Part shown: one piece after another, positions 7,188 through 11,610 of the stretch
Layout: every line of letters starts with the position of its first letter
Position numbering within the stretch: the first letter of the stretch is position 1
NCBI GenBank assembly: GCA_033764315.1
Contig: JANRJA010000156.1
Coordinates: forward strand, 1 to 11,610
Length of the DNA: 11,610 bases
Direction of reading: 5' to 3'
From: Oculatellaceae cyanobacterium bins.114
GTDB lineage: Bacteria; Cyanobacteriota; Cyanobacteriia; Elainellales; Elainellaceae
Program-made: the position numbers and the translations under genes
Notes under the pieces: generated by a model
What the model was told of the DNA's origin: nothing
Databases searched by the model: none
What the model saw: the letters and a program-made list of their open reading frames with translations, nothing else

Positions 7188-8489
7188 CTAAACTTGGGGA
7201 TCAACGACCGTTCCCATAAACAAAACCTGACCCGTTTCGTTGTCTTGAATCGCATAAAAGAAAGGGCGATCGACGACCATTTGAAAGGGAGGTTGTATAG
7301 GGGCAGCTGAACGTGAGACACCAATCGCCGTGGAGGCTGTTGCCTCAGTTCCTTCTTCATTGACTTCAATAAAAGTTTTGTGTTGAACGAAGCTAATCGA
7401 GGTGCGTTGGTTACTGATCCCCGAAAAATTAGCTTGAGAGCTATCAAAGGCATTGGCCATGCCTATCGCTTTGAGAACATTACTAAGTTCAATGCTGTAG
7501 TTCAATTTGAATCGAGGTAGTCGGAGAGAACCACTTTGACTATCAAATTGATAATTCCACTCTGCCCAGTTATCAGCCGTCAACGTTTGCAGGAAAGCGG
7601 TCAGGCTTGAGCCACTACGGGGCAAAAAAATATACATGCTAAATCGCTCATTTCCATAGGGCAAATTGATTGCCTGAAATTGAGCATTCTCTAGATAAAA
7701 ATAAGAGCCGCGTTGGGTCATCATGGGATGCTGCTTTGAGCTGCCGTTGAGCAAATGAAACGGTTGTTCAACGGTGGCACTGCGCTCAAAGGCTCTAGTC
7801 CAATTGCCCTTAAAGTACATGGCATTAATCAGAAACAACACAGCATCTTGATCAATGCGACTCAAAATCTCAGGAATTCTGCCTTGAGTGTTGCGATTAA
7901 CCCAACCATTGATAGTCAAAAGAGCAGTGGGACTGGCAAAGTTGAGAGTGGCAATTTCTGCGTGATAAAAATCTTGGTTACGACGTAAAAAATCGGGGTT
8001 GAGTGTGATTCCATCCCGACTCCAGAGAGAGTTGGCGATCGCCAATTGCACTTGGGGGTCAGCCTCTTCTAGCACCTGTTGCAAGGCTGCATTTGACTGG
8101 TTGACCTGTTGCAGGCTCATGCCCTGAAGCTCTAGCGTTTGCGCCATTGCCCGTTGCGTTTCGCCACTCGCTCCGTTGTAGGTCATGCTGAGGGCGATCG
8201 CCACACTAGCCGGTGCAACGGTGACATTACCCACACCGTTTTGCCGCAAAATCTCAGAAAATACTTTGAAACCAAAGCGGGTGTTTGCCGCAATCAAGTC
8301 AGGATCAACCATAGGAGAAGCATATTGAGCTATCAGTCGAGGTTGACGAGGTAAAGTCACGGTTGCACCGGGGTCAACTGTGACAACCGCAGCTTGAACC
8401 TCTTTTGAAATCGGACTTGCCCATGAACCAAACACGGCGATCGCTGTGAAACCAATCACACCAATCTTGGCAAACATAGCCTGACCCAT
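7188..8489 (-). CDS. Serpin (serine protease inhibitor, family I4) with predicted signal peptide
   Basis: ANTRFGFKVF, APASVAIALSMTYNGASGET, INGWV..NTQGRI, FLINAMYFKGNW, LPRFKL, hinge VNEEGTEATAST, serpin signature FQMVVDRPFFYAI...LFMGTV.DP. Start could be 8504 (GTG), 8489 or 8477 (ATG). Confidence 0.95.
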   Translation of the reverse strand: MGQAMFAKIGVIGFTAIAVFGSWASPISKEVQAAVVTVDPGATVTLPRQPRLIAQYASPMVDPDLIAANTRFGFKVFSEILRQNGVGNVTVAPASVAIALSMTYNGASGETQRAMAQTLELQGMSLQQVNQSNAALQQVLEEADPQVQLAIANSLWSRDGITLNPDFLRRNQDFYHAEIATLNFASPTALLTINGWVNRNTQGRIPEILSRIDQDAVLFLINAMYFKGNWTRAFERSATVEQPFHLLNGSSKQHPMMTQRGSYFYLENAQFQAINLPYGNERFSMYIFLPRSGSSLTAFLQTLTADNWAEWNYQFDSQSGSLRLPRFKLNYSIELSNVLKAIGMANAFDSSQANFSGISNQRTSISFVQHKTFIEVNEEGTEATASTAIGVSRSAAPIQPPFQMVVDRPFFYAIQDNETGQVLFMGTVVDPQV

Positions 8490-8642
8490 AAATGTGTTCC
8501 ACACAGCACTTTAGTTTAAATGTTTCCATTGCTACATCTACAGATCAGGAGACGAAATAAATGAGGTTGAAAATAGCATGGCTCTGTATTCAGGCTCTGC
8601 ACTCACAGAATTATGAAGTCAAAGAAACCCCTCAGCAATTCT

Positions 8643-8684
8643 GTAGTACGAGCGTCTCGTTGGCGGGCAAGACGCTCGCACTTC
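8643..8684. repeat. GTAG-type REP-like palindrome
   Basis: GTAGTACGAGCGTCT...AGACGCTCGCACTTC: perfect 9-bp stem (8649-8657/8670-8678), 13/15 over the extended arms, starts with GTAG and is followed by TTTT. Confidence 0.65.
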
Positions 8685-8898
8685 TTTTACCGAATCAATG
8701 TTTTAACCTTCATCATCCTGTAAGAGTGTGCAGCTGAAACCCTAAACGCCATAGCCATTGTCAAGCCAGTTGAGCCAGGGGAGTGGGTACGGAAACCCGT
8801 CCTAACCAACCCTATGGGAGACACACCTTGATCGCACCCCACCGTACAGGGCAATGCCCTTCGCCCCAGATCATGTTTCTAAAGCGTTACCTACACGA

Positions 8899-10512
8899 TT
8901 AGCGAGCAGGCACAGTCCACCAGGCAAGGGCATAATTTTGAGTTGAGTCATTGACGCGATCGCGATACACCACTCGAATCTTATACCGTCCTGTTTCTGG
9001 CACCTGATTAAAAATATGCTCAACACTATCCACTTCACTCACTGACGACCAGACACTATCTGAGATATTGGTGTCATCTGCTCGCATCAAGTAAATGTCA
9101 AGATTGTTTAAGCCCTTGTCAGCAAAGGTTTCGCCTACATCATATTGACCGTTACCGTTTGCATCTTGCAGTTCGACTGGACGATCCCACCCTAAAGTAA
9201 TGGAAACATAGCTGTCTTTTTGCAAAGGCTGCTCTAACACATAATCTCTATAAGAGGTCGCTCCAGTGCCCTCAGCAACAGAGCTGTAATCCCAACCGAT
9301 GGCAGGAACAGGAGCCTCAGAACTCCACTGACCCGGACTAAACTGTTGAATGGCGCGATAGGCATTTAGATGCCCCGTTCCCAACTCTGCATGGAGTGGA
9401 ATCTTGGGATCACGATAAGCGTCAGACTGTAACCAGTTGGTATTGACTTGATCAACCACAGTCCGACTCATTCCCAATAACAAGCCATCCCCTTGATCTT
9501 GAATCTTGTCAGCCGAATTCATTAAGACCACTTTGGTCACTTGATGACGACGAGCATCTAAACTCCAGTGGGGTTGGCGTTCTCGGATTTGGCGATCGCC
9601 ATATTCTTGAACCAATGCCACTGTTGCCGTCACATGAGGAGCCGCAAAGCTAGTTCCGGTGGCGCGCGTTGGGCTGCCGTCGGGGTTAAGCATCAAGATG
9701 TTGGTGCCCGGAGCGACTAGACTGACCGACCGACGAGGACCCACATTACTTTCAGAATCAGGTCGTCGCCCTAAAACAACCGTGGGTTCGCTGCCCAAGT
9801 TAGAAAAGTCCACTTTGCGAAAGACTCCATCTACTTGCGTCGAGTTGGCTACGGTCATGCCATTGAAGTTGTCAGTGGGAATCGGAATTCCCCCACCCCC
9901 CTGGTTGCCCGCAATCACATACAACACATCATGAACCTGAGATGACCAGTCAATACACTGGGTCAACAATGCATTTCCATCCAACACTGCATCTGGCCGG
10001 GGATCTTGCAGTAACGATTCTCCAAAACTAAAGTTGATCGCTCGAACATCTCCTCCATTCTGTGAGGCGACTGTTTGAGACGCCAAACATTCTTGGGGTT
10101 GACCTGTGCGACGAATAAAGCCCACCGCAGATGAATAGAGGCGAGCATTGGGGGCAACCCCAGTGATTTCTTTGTCTTGGCTGATCATGACACTGGCAAC
10201 ATTACCAGCATGACCATCGACAAAATCGTTAGCACGAGCCAAATTATCTTGATGGAACAGCCGTCCTACAACGACCACCAAGTTATTGGCTCCCGCTTTG
10301 TCTAAACCAAACTGGGCAGGGCGACCAATCTCGACCTGACCGATGGCGATCTTGGCACCTGTTAAAGTGTAAGGAGCAGTACGAAGTCTGAGGGCATCAA
10401 TCCCTCCTTCTCCAATTGATGCAATCGAGGCCAACACTGGAGCACCCGCCAAAAAAACAGTTACTCCTCCAGCAAGCCATGCCAACCGTTTTGCCATCCG
10501 CCATTGAGCCAT
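8899..10512 (-). CDS. Subtilisin-like S8 serine peptidase, secreted, with Glu-His-Ser catalytic pattern and C-terminal beta-rich (PPC-like) domain
   Basis: IAIGQVEIG (Glu at the usual Asp position), DGHAGNVA (His), IAGNQG (oxyanion Asn), LVAPG, GTSFAAPHV (Ser). Signal-like KRLAWLAGGVTVFLAGAPVLA. ATG 10512 has GGAG 9 nt upstream. Confidence 0.9.
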   Translation of the reverse strand: MAQWRMAKRLAWLAGGVTVFLAGAPVLASIASIGEGGIDALRLRTAPYTLTGAKIAIGQVEIGRPAQFGLDKAGANNLVVVVGRLFHQDNLARANDFVDGHAGNVASVMISQDKEITGVAPNARLYSSAVGFIRRTGQPQECLASQTVASQNGGDVRAINFSFGESLLQDPRPDAVLDGNALLTQCIDWSSQVHDVLYVIAGNQGGGGIPIPTDNFNGMTVANSTQVDGVFRKVDFSNLGSEPTVVLGRRPDSESNVGPRRSVSLVAPGTNILMLNPDGSPTRATGTSFAAPHVTATVALVQEYGDRQIRERQPHWSLDARRHQVTKVVLMNSADKIQDQGDGLLLGMSRTVVDQVNTNWLQSDAYRDPKIPLHAELGTGHLNAYRAIQQFSPGQWSSEAPVPAIGWDYSSVAEGTGATSYRDYVLEQPLQKDSYVSITLGWDRPVELQDANGNGQYDVGETFADKGLNNLDIYLMRADDTNISDSVWSSVSEVDSVEHIFNQVPETGRYKIRVVYRDRVNDSTQNYALAWWTVPAR

Positions 10513-10538
10513 GAACATAATCTCCAAACTGAGAGTCA

Positions 10539-10561
10539 GATAAATTTCTGATAAATTTCTG
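10539..10561. promoter_or_regulatory. Tandem 11-bp direct repeat in the divergent subtilase/rpe promoter region
   Basis: GATAAATTTCT-GATAAATTTCT-G. The repeat is seen directly; a regulatory role is inference. Confidence 0.35.
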
Positions 10562-10650
10562 GGTTATCTGGGATCAAACCGAGGGGCAGGTAACAGGTTT
10601 TGTTAAACTAAGTTACGTGACCGGACGCAGCAGGAAGGACCTTAAGTTAT

Positions 10651-11358
10651 ATGACCACTACCGCATCTCGAAAACAAACCGTTGTTGCCCCATCCATCCT
10701 ATCAGCAGATTTTAGTCGCCTGGGGGAAGAGATCAGGGCGGTTGACCAAGCTGGGGCAGATTGGATCCATGTGGATGTTATGGACGGTCGATTTGTTCCC
10801 AATATAACGATTGGTCCGCTGATTGTCGAAGCGATTCGTCCTGTGACACAAAAGCCACTAGACGTTCACTTGATGATTGTTGAACCCGAAAAGTATGTTG
10901 AGGACTTTGCCAAAGCTGGAGCTGATATTATCTCAGTTCACGCTGAGCATAATGCGTCTCCTCACTTACATCGCACCCTGTGCCAAATCAAAGAATTGGG
11001 CAAACAAGCAGGTGTTGTGTTAAATCCCTCGACCCCTCTAGAGCTGATTGAATATGTTTTAGAGGTGTGTGACCTGGTGTTGATTATGAGTGTCAACCCT
11101 GGTTTTGGCGGTCAAAGCTTTATTCCTGCGGTATTACCGAAGATCCAAAAACTGCGTCAAATCTGTGATGAACGGGGGCTTGATCCTTGGATCGAAGTAG
11201 ATGGTGGCTTAAAGGGAAATAATACCTGGCAAGTGCTTGAAGCGGGGGCAAATGCAATCGTGGCAGGTTCGGCTGTGTTTAAAGCAAAAGACTATGCCGA
11301 GGCGATCGCTGGAGTTCGCAATAGCAAGCGTCCACAACCTGAGTTAGTGACTGCTTAA
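10651..11358 (+). CDS. rpe: Ribulose-phosphate 3-epimerase
   Basis: [65 protein letters not shown] lies upstream. Confidence 0.98.
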   Translation: MTTTASRKQTVVAPSILSADFSRLGEEIRAVDQAGADWIHVDVMDGRFVPNITIGPLIVEAIRPVTQKPLDVHLMIVEPEKYVEDFAKAGADIISVHAEHNASPHLHRTLCQIKELGKQAGVVLNPSTPLELIEYVLEVCDLVLIMSVNPGFGGQSFIPAVLPKIQKLRQICDERGLDPWIEVDGGLKGNNTWQVLEAGANAIVAGSAVFKAKDYAEAIAGVRNSKRPQPELVTA

Positions 11359-11365
11359 GACACAC

Positions 11366-11456
11366 ATAGCAATCCTAAAGTATTTGTGAAATGACACCTT
11401 ACGTAGGCAAGGGGCCTAGGCTCCTTGCCTGTTCACAATTTAAATAGGATTGCTAT
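11366..11456. mobile_element. 91-bp MITE-like element with about 25-bp terminal inverted repeats
   Basis: ATAGCAATCCTA-n6-TTGTGAA (11366-11390) and TTCACAA-n6-TAGGATTGCTAT (11432-11456). The outer 12 bp are perfect and 20/25 match overall. Non-coding. Confidence 0.75.
11403..11430. repeat. GTAG-initiated near-perfect palindrome nested in the MITE (REP-like; may terminate or stabilise rpe mRNA)
   Basis: AGGCAAGGGGCCT|AGGCTCCTTGCCT (11405-11430): 12/13 Watson-Crick pairs plus one G-T. Confidence 0.7.
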
Positions 11457-11495
11457 ATCAAGCGTTAACTAACGTCAGTTCGGTTTAAGAGCCTA

Positions 11496-11609
11496 GCGAA
11501 TAAATTCGCAGCTATCAGAGCGAAGTTCGCCTTCGCGAACTACGGAGAATCAAGAGTTGAGTGAACCGACGCAGGTCGGTTTTGCTCGTGTAGTTGCGGT
11601 TTCAACCGC
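11496..11609. repeat. Four-hairpin REP-doublet (REPIN-like) element, possibly continuing beyond the window
   Basis: Hairpins GCGAAT-aa-ATTCGC (11496-11509), AGTTCGC-cttc-GCGAACT (11524-11541), AACCGAC-gcag-GTCGGTT (11564-11581) and GCGGTT-tc-AACCGC (11596-11609). GTAG at 11590 precedes the last hairpin. Confidence 0.7.
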
Positions 11610-11610
11610 C

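Larger units (their letters stand above)
401..11309. repeat. HIP1 octamer GCGATCGC, 18 dispersed copies
   Basis: Manual count: starts at 401, 2965, 3678, 4498, 5199, 5340, 5459, 5900, 6569, 6648, 6699, 6882, 8035, 8194, 8437, 8956, 9592 and 11302. Fewer than one copy is expected by chance. Confidence 0.92.

Noticed and set aside
3547..10157. Other short ORFs (3547-3816, 4182-4364, 5425-5640, 6481-6807, 7175-7453, 7755-7988, 8139-8354, 9659-9934, 9963-10157)
   Set aside because: All lie within or opposite longer genes with clear family motifs and show no independent coding signal.
10590..10616. NtcA box upstream of rpe
   Set aside because: No GTA-N8-TAC with correct spacing.
11496..11609. 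tRNA or CRISPR interpretation of the multi-hairpin region
   Set aside because: No acceptor stem, T-loop in a cloverleaf context or CCA end; no identical direct repeats with unique spacers and no cas genes.

Overview
Cyanobacterial chromosomal segment. I counted 18 HIP1 octamers (GCGATCGC) by eye, and an HpsJ-like gene suggests a filamentous strain. Nine protein-coding genes, in order: 3' part of a VanX/M15D D-Ala-D-Ala dipeptidase (+), exported pentapeptide-repeat protein (+), signal peptidase I (-), GT2 glycosyltransferase (-), HpsJ-like membrane protein (-), ComA-like double-HKD phospholipase D/nuclease (-), group I cysteine desulfurase (+), secreted serpin (-), S8 subtilase (-), followed by rpe (+) as a tenth. 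Intergenic regions hold several small palindromic MITE/REP-like elements. No rRNA, tRNA, CRISPR array or transposase is visible, and most of the window looks like ordinary core genome. The best candidates for something undescribed are: (1) a co-oriented secreted serpin plus a subtilase that has Glu instead of the catalytic Asp and no evident propeptide, a possible cognate protease/inhibitor module; (2) a signal peptidase I with a lipobox and a box-E Ser->Ala change; (3) a ComA-like protein lacking its HhH DNA-binding domain, whose stop codon lies inside a perfect 20-bp palindrome beside a repeat remnant; (4) a nested MITE/REP cluster after rpe. All calls come from motif recognition only; no searches were run.
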